Assembly: GCA_965248925.1 (NCBI GenBank)
Contig: CBDFLE010000005.1
Span: 96,001 to 160,000, forward strand
DNA: 64,000 nt
DNA from: Candidatus Multivoradales bacterium
GTDB taxonomy: Bacteria > Acidobacteriota > Thermoanaerobaculia > Multivoradales > J023
Reading direction: 5' to 3'
Shown here: positions 30,215 to 39,482 of the stretch, piece after piece
Layout of the letters: the number at the start of each line of letters is the position of its first letter
How positions within the stretch are numbered: position 1 is the first letter of the stretch
The notes under the pieces: generated by a model
The model's database searches: none
Told to the model about the DNA's origin: nothing
What the model saw: the letters and a program-made list of their open reading frames with translations, nothing else
Translations under genes and position numbers: made by a program

Positions 30215-31603
30215 ATGGAGCAGGTCACCAACGTCTCGAGGCGTAGCCAGATGATGGGCACCACGCTGCGCCGTCTGCTGCGCCGGGGAGCGCAGGCAAA
30301 GATCACCAAGTTGCTCGACCGGGTGCGGCCGGAGGACGTGGCGGTGATGATGCGCGACTTCACCCCGGCTGAGCAGTCGAGTGTTTTCGACCTGCTGGTG
30401 GGAAGTTACCCGGAGTCTGCCACTGAGGTGCTGACCGAGCTCGATCCGCAGCAGCGGCTGGCGCTGCTGGAAGAACTGGGCGCCGACCGCACCGCCCGCC
30501 TGCTGGAGACCGCGGCGGTAGACGATGCGGTCTACTTGCTGGATTCTCTGTCGAGCGAGTTCCGTGAGGAAGTGGTCGAGATTGTCGACATCCAGGGCCG
30601 GATGCAGCAGGTCCAGGAGCGCCTGAGCTATCGCGAGGAGAGCGCCGGGCGGGTGATGGACAATGAGTTCGTCGCCCTGGAAGAATCGACCCGGGTCGGC
30701 GATGCAATCCGCCGTATGCGCGAGATTGCTCGCGATGTGGAGATGATCTCTTATCTCTACATTGTCGACACCAGCGGCCATCTATTGGGCGTGACGCCGC
30801 TGCGCCAGCTGCTGCTGGCCGATCCCGACACCACTCTTGGCGAGATGATGAACACCTCGCTGGTCAAGGCCAACATCGACACCGATCAGGAAGAGGTGGC
30901 CGAGCTGGCGGCCCGCTACGATTTGCTGGCCATCCCGGTGACCGACGAGGAGAACAAGCTAGTCGGCATTGTCACCGTCGACGACATCCTCGATATCTTC
31001 CAGGAGGAGGCTACCGAGGACATCTACAAAATGGCCGGTACTTCTGACGATGAGCTGGTCTATCAGGATCGCTCGTTCAAGGTCGCTGGGATTCGCTTAC
31101 CGTGGATTCTGTTCGCCTTGCTGGGGTTGCTGGCGGCGGGCAAGCTGGTCGAAGCGATCGAACTCAACTTTCACCTCACAGTGTTGGTGATGTTTATTCC
31201 GGTGGTGATGGGGATGGCTGGCAACATTGGTTCGCAGACCTCAACTATCGCAGTACGTGGCCTGGCGACTGGCCAGTTGCAGCTCGGAGCCTCAGGCCGG
31301 CGTTTTGTCTGGCAGCAGTCGAAGGTAGGGGCGGTTCTGGCGGTGATTTGCGCGGCGGTGGTGGCGGCGGTGGCCTATTTCATGGCCGGCGACTTGCGGG
31401 TGGCGCTGGCGGTTAGCACGGCGTTGTTCTGCTCGGTGCAGCTGGCCTCAATCAACGGTGCGGTCATTCCGCTGTTGTTTAAGCGCTTGGGTATCGATCC
31501 AGCGATCGCTTCAGCGCCGCTGGTGACTACTAGCAACGATATTCTCGCCAATCTGGTTTACTTCGCTCTAGCCTCGGTTTTTCTCAGCCAGGTGTCGGGC
31601 TAG
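30215..31603 (+). CDS. mgtE: Magnesium transporter MgtE
   Basis: MgtE N/CBS domains, EEATEDI, RLPW, GNIGSQT, DPAIASAPLVTT.ND. Confidence 0.95.
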   Translation: MEQVTNVSRRSQMMGTTLRRLLRRGAQAKITKLLDRVRPEDVAVMMRDFTPAEQSSVFDLLVGSYPESATEVLTELDPQQRLALLEELGADRTARLLETAAVDDAVYLLDSLSSEFREEVVEIVDIQGRMQQVQERLSYREESAGRVMDNEFVALEESTRVGDAIRRMREIARDVEMISYLYIVDTSGHLLGVTPLRQLLLADPDTTLGEMMNTSLVKANIDTDQEEVAELAARYDLLAIPVTDEENKLVGIVTVDDILDIFQEEATEDIYKMAGTSDDELVYQDRSFKVAGIRLPWILFALLGLLAAGKLVEAIELNFHLTVLVMFIPVVMGMAGNIGSQTSTIAVRGLATGQLQLGASGRRFVWQQSKVGAVLAVICAAVVAAVAYFMAGDLRVALAVSTALFCSVQLASINGAVIPLLFKRLGIDPAIASAPLVTTSNDILANLVYFALASVFLSQVSG

Positions 31604-31610
31604 TCTGGCA

Positions 31611-32381
31611 ATGCGCACCCTCGCCGCCGAGGCCCTGATGCTCGACGTGGTTGATTTGCAAGAGCGCGACCGGATCATCACCTTTTTGACCGCCGAGCAT
31701 GGCAAGCGGCGGGGAGTTGCCCAGGGCGCCAAGGCCAAGTACAGCCGCTTCTCAGGGATGCTGCAACCCTTGGCCAAGGTGCGGGTGAGTTGGTTCGAGA
31801 AGGAGGGTCGTGACTTGGTGCGCATCTCCGATGTCGAGTTGCTACGGCCGGCGGAAGGGCTCAATCGAGACCTGGAAGGAATCATGCTCGGCGCTTATTT
31901 AGCCGAGCACATGAAGGAGCTAGCTCTCGAAGGTGAAGAATCGAGCCGCCTATTTCGCCTCCTCGATACCACGATTGTGGCACTCTTGGACGGCGTTCCA
32001 CGAGATCTGGCGGCTCGCTATTTCGAAGTTTGGGCGCTGCGCCTGAGCGGCTTGTTCGCGCTGCCGACGCCCTGCCGCGACTGTGGTTGGTTGCTCGACA
32101 CCGGTGCCGAGATGGTGAGCGAGCTGGCGCCGTCGCTCTGTCCTCGCTGTGGCGAGCTGGCCAGTCCAGCGCCGCCGCCGGGCTGGCCGGAGGGTCCTTC
32201 GGCGGTGATGACTTTCTTGTTGCGCAGCGGCCGCCAGGGGCTGAGTGAAATGGCCCAAGAACTGCCACCGACGAGGGTCTTGCGGCAGGTCGAAGGGCTT
32301 TGTCGGGAGATCCGTCGGGAGTTCTTGCAGCAAGAACTGAATAGCTACCGGGTGATGAGCCAAGTCTTGAAGCAGCTGTAG
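31611..32381 (+). CDS. recO: DNA repair protein RecO
   Basis: E.DRIITFLT.EHGK..GVA.GA OB fold; CxxC…CxxC; era-recO-glyQ synteny. Confidence 0.88.
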   Translation: MRTLAAEALMLDVVDLQERDRIITFLTAEHGKRRGVAQGAKAKYSRFSGMLQPLAKVRVSWFEKEGRDLVRISDVELLRPAEGLNRDLEGIMLGAYLAEHMKELALEGEESSRLFRLLDTTIVALLDGVPRDLAARYFEVWALRLSGLFALPTPCRDCGWLLDTGAEMVSELAPSLCPRCGELASPAPPPGWPEGPSAVMTFLLRSGRQGLSEMAQELPPTRVLRQVEGLCREIRREFLQQELNSYRVMSQVLKQL

Positions 32382-32438
32382 GACAGCGTTCTCGCCCGGC
32401 ACTGGTCAGCAACGAATCGCGGTAAGACTGAGTTCCAA

Positions 32439-33326
32439 ATGACTAGTCTAGAGCAGATCATCCGTCGCCTGTCCGCCTTTTGGCGCGAGCGCGGTTGCGC
32501 CTGGATCGCTCCTTGTGATCTACCTTTGCCGTTAGCGACCATGCATCCGCGAGCCTTCTTCGCCCTGCTGACGCCGGGATCCTGGCGTGCCGCCTATGCC
32601 CAGCCGATTCGCCGGCCAGCCGATGGCCGGTTTGGCCAGCACCCTTTTCGCCTGGCTCGCCACCACCAATTCCAGGTGCTGCTGCAAGAGCCTCCAGAAG
32701 ATCCCCTGGCGCTCTATCTGGAGACCCTCGAAGCGCTCGATATCGATCCGACGAAGCATGATTTACGCTTTGAGGAGTGGCGCTGGGAAGCCCGCACTCT
32801 CGGTGCCCAGGGTCGTGGATGGCACGCCCGAATCGACGGCCTGGGGGTAACCCGGCTGACGGTTCTCGAAGAACTAGCCGGACATCGGCTGACACCCGCC
32901 GCCTTGGAAATCAGCTACGGCCTCGAACGCTTGCTGATGGCGGCGATGGGCAGTCGCGATGTATTCCGCCTGCCGTGGAGCGAAGACATCGCCGACGGAG
33001 AGCAGCGGCGGCGCCATGAGCTTCAAGAGTCGCGCTGGGCTTTTGAGCTGGCGGACACCGAGCGCCTGCGCAGTCGCTTGCTCGACCTCGAGGCTGAGGC
33101 CCGGGTGTCGATCGAACACGGCCTGGAGCTGCGTGCCTACGAGCTGGCGATCGAATGTATGCCCCTGGTCGATGTGTTAGCAGCGCGCGATGAGTTGTTG
33201 GGTAAGGAGCGCTCGGCCTGGCTCGATCGGATCCGTCGATTGGTCGAAGCGAGTGCAGATCTACACCTCGCAGGGGTGGCCGCTACGGCGGTCGACACGC
33301 AGGCGGGGGGGGGCGAGGATGGCTGA
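32439..33326 (+). CDS. glyQ: Glycyl-tRNA synthetase alpha subunit homologue, highly divergent
   Basis: FW…GC, AY.QP.RRP.DGR.G, QFQV, HDLRF, EISYGLERL retained, but several invariant motifs are altered (see findings). Confidence 0.8.
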   Translation: MTSLEQIIRRLSAFWRERGCAWIAPCDLPLPLATMHPRAFFALLTPGSWRAAYAQPIRRPADGRFGQHPFRLARHHQFQVLLQEPPEDPLALYLETLEALDIDPTKHDLRFEEWRWEARTLGAQGRGWHARIDGLGVTRLTVLEELAGHRLTPAALEISYGLERLLMAAMGSRDVFRLPWSEDIADGEQRRRHELQESRWAFELADTERLRSRLLDLEAEARVSIEHGLELRAYELAIECMPLVDVLAARDELLGKERSAWLDRIRRLVEASADLHLAGVAATAVDTQAGGGEDG

Positions 33327-35502
33327 GTATCTGCTCGAACTATGCACCGACGAGCTTGCCGCCAGCCGCCTTGAAGCGATCTCCGAGGTCTTTGTGCGGC
33401 GGGTCTTCGAAGAATTGGTCGGCCGCGGCCTTGCCCCTGGCAAGGTGATCACTGGGGCCACCCCGCGACGACTGGTGCTGGCGCTCCAAGACCTGCCCGA
33501 GCATGAGCCCAGCGGCGAGCAGCAGCTGCTCGGACCGCCGGTGGCTGAATCTTGGGACGAAGCCGGCGAGCCGACCGCGGCGTTGGCTGGTTTCCTCGCC
33601 CGCGCCGCGTTACCGAGCGCCGATCGGCTGCGCCGCATTCGCACCGAAAAGGGCGAGTATCTAGGAGTCACTCGGCACGTCGAGGGGCGTCCCCTGGCGG
33701 CGGTGTTGGGCGAACTCGTGCCGCGCTTGCTGGCGGAAATGGGTTGGCGCGATTCGCCTCCCGCCGCCTTTCCGGCGCGGTTGCGCGGGGTCCTCTCGCT
33801 GCTCGATGGCAAGCTGCTGGAGTGGCGCCTGGGCACTTTGCGCGCCGGGCGCTCGACTGCCGGCCACCCGCGGCTCTCGCCGGGCACGTTCACCGTCAAG
33901 AGCTTTGCCGATTATCGCCGTCGCCTTGGCCGGCTGGGGATCGAGATCTCCTTCAGCCGGCGTCGCTCCAAGCTCGATAGGAAGCTGCGGGCCGCCGCCG
34001 CGGGACTAGGGGCCGAGCTGGTTGGCGGCGATCGGTTGCTCGATCGACTGAGCGCTAGCTGTGAGATCCCTGGAGTGGTGCAGGGCGACGTGGAGAGTGA
34101 TTTTCTAACCCTGCCGTCAGAGGTGGTCGTGGCGACCCTCAATCGGTTGGGCGCCTTCGCCCTGCGCGCCGAGGGTGAACTACTGGCCAATTTCTTGACT
34201 GTGATGGATCGCAGAGACGATCCACAAGGGCGGGTGCGGGAGGGCTGGCAGCGCACCGTCGCCGGCCATTTGATCGATGCCCGCTTTGCCGAACGGGCCG
34301 ACCGAAAGTTGCCGCTGGCCGAGCGGGCTCGCCGCCTCGGTGACCTGGTGTTGCATCCGCGCCTCGGTACCTACGCCCAGAAGAGCGAACGCTTGGTGGC
34401 CTTGGTGGAGCTGATCTGCAGCGAACTCGACTGGCCCGAGGAACTCGATGGGGCGCGCCAAGCGGCAACCCTGGCGAAGGCCGATTTGACCACCGCCATG
34501 GTGCGTCAGCACCCGACCTTGAGCGGCGTGGTGGGCGGTATCTATGCCCGTGGGGAGGGCTACGTGGAAGCGGTGTGGCAGGCGATCTACGATCAGAATC
34601 AGCCGCTCACCTGGGACGATCCGCCGCCCCGAGGTGCCGCTGGCCAAGTCCTGGCGGTGGCCGACCGAGTGGATACCTTGGTGGGCTTTCTCGGTATCGG
34701 CGAGCTGCCCTCCGGCAGCCGTGATCCGCAAGGCTTGAAACGGCTCACCCAGGGTCTGCTGCGGGTGGTCTTGGATGGCGGTTTGGAACTCGACTTGGAC
34801 TTGCTTGCTGCCAGGACGGTGCTGCTCTACGCTGGCGCGGGTACCGGGTCTCAAGAGGAGGGTGCGGCCAGCATCGAATTGCAATATGGCGCCGAAGAAC
34901 TGGTCGAGCTGCTGCGGCCCTTCCTGGCCGATCGCCTGCGCCATGTGCTCGGCCAGCGCGGCCATGCCCACGACGAGATCGAAGCGGTGATGGCGGTAGC
35001 GGGCAACAGCCTGCCGGATCTCGAAGCCCGGCTGTTCGCCCTGCGCAAGGTCAGGGGCGACCGGGCTTTTGCTTCATTGGTGCAGGCGGCCAAGCGAATC
35101 TCCAACATCATCTCCGCAGCTGATGAGCACCCGCTGCGGGTGGAACTGCTGACCGAGCCCGCCGAGCGGGAGCTCAACAAGGCCCTCGAAAAGGTGCGTG
35201 GCACCCTCGACCAGGCAGTCGCCAAGCGACTCTACGCCGAAGCCCTTCGCCGCATGGCGGCCCTAGCCCGCCGCCTCGACCAGTTCTTCAACGAGGTGCT
35301 GGTGATGGATGAAGATGAAGCTCTGCGGCACAATCGCCTGGCTCTCTTGCAGGCCACTCACAGGGTTTTTTGGCGGGTGGCTAGGCTGCAAGAGATGGCG
35401 GTGGAAGAGATGCCGGTGGGAGAGATGCCGGTGGGAGAGATGCCGGTGGAAGAGATGCCGGTGAAGGAGAAGTTCAAGCAGCGCAAGGAGGAGGGGTCAT
35501 GA
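33319..35502 (+). CDS. glyS: Glycyl-tRNA synthetase beta subunit homologue, divergent
   Basis: LLEL..DEL, TPRRL, GPP…G.PT.A..GF, LAKADL.T.MV, ADRVDTL, GS.DP, KRISNI, FFNEVLVM…NRL.LL. Confidence 0.85.
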   Translation: MAEYLLELCTDELAASRLEAISEVFVRRVFEELVGRGLAPGKVITGATPRRLVLALQDLPEHEPSGEQQLLGPPVAESWDEAGEPTAALAGFLARAALPSADRLRRIRTEKGEYLGVTRHVEGRPLAAVLGELVPRLLAEMGWRDSPPAAFPARLRGVLSLLDGKLLEWRLGTLRAGRSTAGHPRLSPGTFTVKSFADYRRRLGRLGIEISFSRRRSKLDRKLRAAAAGLGAELVGGDRLLDRLSASCEIPGVVQGDVESDFLTLPSEVVVATLNRLGAFALRAEGELLANFLTVMDRRDDPQGRVREGWQRTVAGHLIDARFAERADRKLPLAERARRLGDLVLHPRLGTYAQKSERLVALVELICSELDWPEELDGARQAATLAKADLTTAMVRQHPTLSGVVGGIYARGEGYVEAVWQAIYDQNQPLTWDDPPPRGAAGQVLAVADRVDTLVGFLGIGELPSGSRDPQGLKRLTQGLLRVVLDGGLELDLDLLAARTVLLYAGAGTGSQEEGAASIELQYGAEELVELLRPFLADRLRHVLGQRGHAHDEIEAVMAVAGNSLPDLEARLFALRKVRGDRAFASLVQAAKRISNIISAADEHPLRVELLTEPAERELNKALEKVRGTLDQAVAKRLYAEALRRMAALARRLDQFFNEVLVMDEDEALRHNRLALLQATHRVFWRVARLQEMAVEEMPVGEMPVGEMPVEEMPVKEKFKQRKEEGS
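35392..35470 (+). repeat. 15-bp tandem repeat GTGG(A/G)AGAGATGCCG, four full copies plus partial flanks, at the glyS 3' end
   Basis: Units start at 35401, 35416, 35431 and 35446; encode V(E/G)EMP. Confidence 0.9.
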
Positions 35503-37358
35503 ACCGGATTCATTTGCTCAACGAGCACTTGATCAGCCAGATCGCCGCCGGCGAGGTGGTGGAACGGCCGGCATCGGTGGTCAAGGAGTTGCTGGAGAAT
35601 AGCCTTGATGCCGGTGCCGGCGAGGTGCGGGTCGAACTCGAAGTTGGTGGCAAGCGGCGGCTGATGGTGAGTGACGACGGCAGCGGCATGGGTGGCGACG
35701 ACGCCCTGCTCGCTTTCGACCGCCACGCCACCAGCAAGATCGCCAGCTTTGCCGACTTGGAGCAGGTCTCGAGCCTGGGCTTTCGCGGCGAGGCATTGTC
35801 GTCGATCGCCGCTGTCGCAAGGGTCGATATGCGCACCGCCGAGCAGCCCGGTGATGGTTTCCTGGTGCGGATCGAAGGCGGCCGGATCAAGACCGCCGAG
35901 CCGGTGGCCCATCCCCGCGGTACTCGCGTCGAGGTGGCGTCGCTGTTCTACAACGTGCCGGCGCGGCGCAAGTTCCTCAAGCGTCCGCAGACCGAAATGC
36001 GGCGGGTGGTGGAGGTGGTGCAGGCCTACGCTCTGGCCCGCCCTGAAGTCAGCTTCTCGGTGTTTCACGAGGGGCGTCAAGTGGTCGACGCTCTGGCCTT
36101 GGAGAAGGGGGGGGAGGGCGCCTTGCGGGAGCGCATTGGTCAGTTGTTCGGCTCGGCTTTGGCGGACGATCTGGTGGCCATACCCGCTCCCATGTTGCCA
36201 GCCGGTGAGGCGGTGCGAGGCTTTGTCGGCAATCGCGACACCCGCCGTGGTCGGCGATACTTTGTCTATGTCAACGGTCGCCTGGTGCGCGATCGACAAG
36301 TCATGTCGCGCTTCTATCGAGCGGTGCGCGAAGAATGGAAGGGGGATGATTTTCCGGCCCTCTTCTTGTTTCTCGAATTGCCCCCCGAGCTGCTTGATGT
36401 CAACGTGCATCCGCAAAAGAACGAGGTGCGCTTCCGCGATCTGCGTTTTATGGAGCGGGTCCACGGCGCCTTGCGAGCCACCTTGGCGATGGCTCGGGGT
36501 GAGGAAGAGGCGCCTCTGCGAGAGCCCCTCTCATTACCCAGCGTGCCCGCGGTGTGGCAAGGTCTGGGCGGCAAGCAACGCCCAGACCCGGCGGCTGGGG
36601 AGCCCTGGCGGGCTTTGCCGGCGGCGTCCGGCGAGGGGGCGGAGGCGGCGTCCAGTGAGGAGATTCGTGAGCCTTCGCCGCTGCCTTATGGCGAGCCTGT
36701 CGGGCAGATCGCCCAGGCTACTTTCGCACCGCAAAAGCCCGCTGCGGTACCGCTCAGCGGCCGCTCTGGGCGCGCCCGGCCGTTTCGCTTGCTGGGTCAA
36801 TACAAGGGCACCTTGCTGCTACTCGAGGGTCCCGATGGTCTCTACTTGATCGATCAACATGTGGCCCACGAGCGTTTGCTCTACGAACGCTTGCGGCGGT
36901 CGTTGGATGAGCAGGCGGCGGCCAGTCAACAGCTGTTGCAGCCCTTGCTCCTGGAACTCAGCCCGGCAGAGGCCCTGCGTCTGGCCGAATTGGCGCCAGC
37001 GCTCGAAGGCTACGGCTTCGAAGTGGTCGAGATGTCCGGCGCCACGATGGCCTTGAAGGCCCTACCCACCATGTTGTCGGTGACGGAGGGAGAAGCTCTG
37101 TTGCAGGAGCTGGCTACTTCCACTGGCGAGGGGCTAGCTGAGGCCGAGGCCCTGGGGCAGGGTATTCTCGATGCCCTGGCGGCTTCGCTGTCTTGCCGCG
37201 GGGCAGTGAAGATGCACCATCCGCTGAGTGTCGAAGAAATGCAGAATCTAGTCGCCGAACTGTTCGAGGCCGAGCAGCCCTATGCCTGCCCCCACGGTCG
37301 ACCGGTAGTGTTGCAGATGACCGATGCTGAGCTTGAGCGCCGCTTTGGCCGGCGCTAA
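35499..37358 (+). CDS. mutL: DNA mismatch repair protein MutL
   Basis: IAAGEVVERPASVVKEL.ENSLDAGA, GFRGEAL, DVNVHP.K, DQH.AHER, CPHGRP. Confidence 0.96.
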   Translation: MNRIHLLNEHLISQIAAGEVVERPASVVKELLENSLDAGAGEVRVELEVGGKRRLMVSDDGSGMGGDDALLAFDRHATSKIASFADLEQVSSLGFRGEALSSIAAVARVDMRTAEQPGDGFLVRIEGGRIKTAEPVAHPRGTRVEVASLFYNVPARRKFLKRPQTEMRRVVEVVQAYALARPEVSFSVFHEGRQVVDALALEKGGEGALRERIGQLFGSALADDLVAIPAPMLPAGEAVRGFVGNRDTRRGRRYFVYVNGRLVRDRQVMSRFYRAVREEWKGDDFPALFLFLELPPELLDVNVHPQKNEVRFRDLRFMERVHGALRATLAMARGEEEAPLREPLSLPSVPAVWQGLGGKQRPDPAAGEPWRALPAASGEGAEAASSEEIREPSPLPYGEPVGQIAQATFAPQKPAAVPLSGRSGRARPFRLLGQYKGTLLLLEGPDGLYLIDQHVAHERLLYERLRRSLDEQAAASQQLLQPLLLELSPAEALRLAELAPALEGYGFEVVEMSGATMALKALPTMLSVTEGEALLQELATSTGEGLAEAEALGQGILDALAASLSCRGAVKMHHPLSVEEMQNLVAELFEAEQPYACPHGRPVVLQMTDAELERRFGRR

Positions 37359-37366
37359 GTAAGCCA

Positions 37367-38071
37367 ATGCCTGACATCTATTACACCGACGAGCTGCAAG
37401 AACTGCTCGACTATCAGTTTGACGATATGGGTCTGCTGCATTTGGCGCTGACCCATCGCTCCTACAGCAACGAGCGCGGTCAGCGAAAAAACTACGAGCG
37501 TTTGGAGTTCCTCGGCGATTCAGTGCTCGGCTTGATCACCAGCCATTGGCTGTACCAACGCTTCCCGCGTCAGCCCGAGGGTGAGTTAGCGCGCCTCAAG
37601 AGCTATTTGGTTAGTGCCACGGTTTTGGCCCAGATGGGCACGGATCTGGCGCTTGGAGCTTCGGTGCAATTGGGGGTCGGCGAGGAGCGTTCCGGGGGCC
37701 GTTCGAAGCAGTCGATCCTGGCCGACACTATGGAGTCAGTGTTCGGGGCCATCTACCTCGACGGCGGGCTTGAGGCGGCGCGAGAGGTTATTTGCCGCCT
37801 GTTGCAGCGGGCTTACGACGGCGCAGAAGAGCTGCGCCAAGGGGATCCCAAGACGGTGCTGCAAGAGCTGGCCCAGGGGCGTTCTTGGCGCCTGCCGGTC
37901 TACCGGTTGGTCGGGCAGGAAGGGCCGGACCATGACAAGACTTTCACCGTCGAATGCTGGCTCGAAGGCGAGCCAGCGGGTCAGGCCACCGGCGGTAGCA
38001 AGAAGATCGCCGAACGCCGCGCCGCTGCCATCACCCTCGAGCGGCTTGACCTCAGCGCCGAGCAAACCTAG
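37367..38071 (+). CDS. rnc: Ribonuclease III
   Basis: ALTHRS, NYERLEFLGDSVL, E..FGAIYLD, dsRBD (PKT.LQE…GPDH.K.F). Confidence 0.96.
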   Translation: MPDIYYTDELQELLDYQFDDMGLLHLALTHRSYSNERGQRKNYERLEFLGDSVLGLITSHWLYQRFPRQPEGELARLKSYLVSATVLAQMGTDLALGASVQLGVGEERSGGRSKQSILADTMESVFGAIYLDGGLEAAREVICRLLQRAYDGAEELRQGDPKTVLQELAQGRSWRLPVYRLVGQEGPDHDKTFTVECWLEGEPAGQATGGSKKIAERRAAAITLERLDLSAEQT

Positions 38072-38123
38072 ACTTCAGCGCCTCGAATGACTTCCCAGGA
38101 CCCCTCAGTCGCAGGAGAAAGCC

Positions 38124-39413
38124 GTGACGGTCACCATTAGCCAGCTGCGCGAATACGAAGGACGGACAGTAACCCTGCGTGGGTGGCTGGCCAATAAGCG
38201 CTCCAGCGGCAAGCTGGGTTTTCTTCAGGTCCGCGACGGGACCGGTTACGCCCAAGCGGTGATCAGCCGCCAGGAGGTTTCCGAGGAAGCCTGGGAAGCG
38301 GTGAAAGAGGTCACTCAGGAGTCGACAGTGCGGGTCACTGGCATCGCGCGGGCCGACGAGCGGGCTCCGGGCGGGGTCGAGATCCAAGCCACGGATTTCT
38401 CGATCGAAGACTTGACCGAAGATTTTCCGATCACTAACAAGGAACACGGCACGGCGTTTCTAATGGAACAGCGCCATCTGTGGTTGCGCTCCCGTCGCCA
38501 ACGGGCGGCGATCAGGGTGCGCAGCGAGGTCTGCCAGGCGATTCGCGACTTCTACTACGAGCGCGATTTCGTGCTGATCGATTCGCCGATTCTGACCCCC
38601 AACGCCTGTGAAGGCACTTCGACTCTGTTCCAGACCGACTACTTCGGCGAGCCGGCTTACCTCAGCCAATCGGGCCAGCTTTATCTGGAGCCGGCCGCCG
38701 CGGCGCATGGCAAGGTCTACTGTTTCGGGCCGACATTTCGCGCTGAGAAGTCGAAGACCCGTCGCCATCTGATGGAGTTCTGGATGGTCGAGCCCGAGGT
38801 GGCGTTCCTCGAATTCGACGGTCTCAGCGAGTTGGCGGAGGAGTTTCTCTGCTACCTGGTCTCGCGCGTATTGGAGCGCTGCCAGGAGGAGCTAAGAACC
38901 CTCGAACGGGATGTTTCTCTGCTCGAGAAAGTGATACCACCTTTCCCCGAAATCACCTATCGCGAGGCCATCGAGAAGCTCAGCGAAGGCGGCTTCAAGG
39001 CCGCGTTCGGGGACGATTTCGGTGCCGAGGAAGAGACTTTCCTGGCCAGTCAATACGACCGGCCGCTGATGATCACCCGTTTTCCGACCTCGATCAAAGC
39101 CTTCTACATGCAGCCCGACCCGGAAGATCCCGAGGTGGTGCTGGGGCTCGACATCATCGCTCCCGAGGGCTATGGCGAGATCATCGGCGGCAGCCAGCGG
39201 ATCCACGACCACGAGCTGCTGCTGAGCCGCATCGAAGAGCACAAGTTGCCGCGAGAGGCTTTTCAGTGGTACCTCGACGTGCGCCGCTACGGCACTTTTC
39301 CGCACTCTGGCTTCGGCATGGGGATCGAGCGCTTCGTCGGCTGGATGACCGGGGTCAAACATCTGCGCGAGACCATTCCCTATCCGCGGCTGCTGTATCG
39401 GATCTATCCCTGA
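38124..39413 (+). CDS. asnS: Asparaginyl-tRNA synthetase
   Basis: RHLWLRS, YLSQSGQLY.E, GPTFRAEKSKTRRHL.EFWM.EPE, PHSGFGMG.ER. Confidence 0.95.
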   Translation: MTVTISQLREYEGRTVTLRGWLANKRSSGKLGFLQVRDGTGYAQAVISRQEVSEEAWEAVKEVTQESTVRVTGIARADERAPGGVEIQATDFSIEDLTEDFPITNKEHGTAFLMEQRHLWLRSRRQRAAIRVRSEVCQAIRDFYYERDFVLIDSPILTPNACEGTSTLFQTDYFGEPAYLSQSGQLYLEPAAAAHGKVYCFGPTFRAEKSKTRRHLMEFWMVEPEVAFLEFDGLSELAEEFLCYLVSRVLERCQEELRTLERDVSLLEKVIPPFPEITYREAIEKLSEGGFKAAFGDDFGAEEETFLASQYDRPLMITRFPTSIKAFYMQPDPEDPEVVLGLDIIAPEGYGEIIGGSQRIHDHELLLSRIEEHKLPREAFQWYLDVRRYGTFPHSGFGMGIERFVGWMTGVKHLRETIPYPRLLYRIYP

Positions 39414-39482
39414 TGGCGGTGGCGTTGCAGATGCCTCGATCCGGGTCAGCGGCTGACTCTCGGCTGACCCTCGGGCGGTTCG

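Noticed and set aside
36107-36114. G8 tract in mutL as a mutator switch
   Set aside because: The gene is in frame and G runs are expected at this GC content; read data would be needed to support it.
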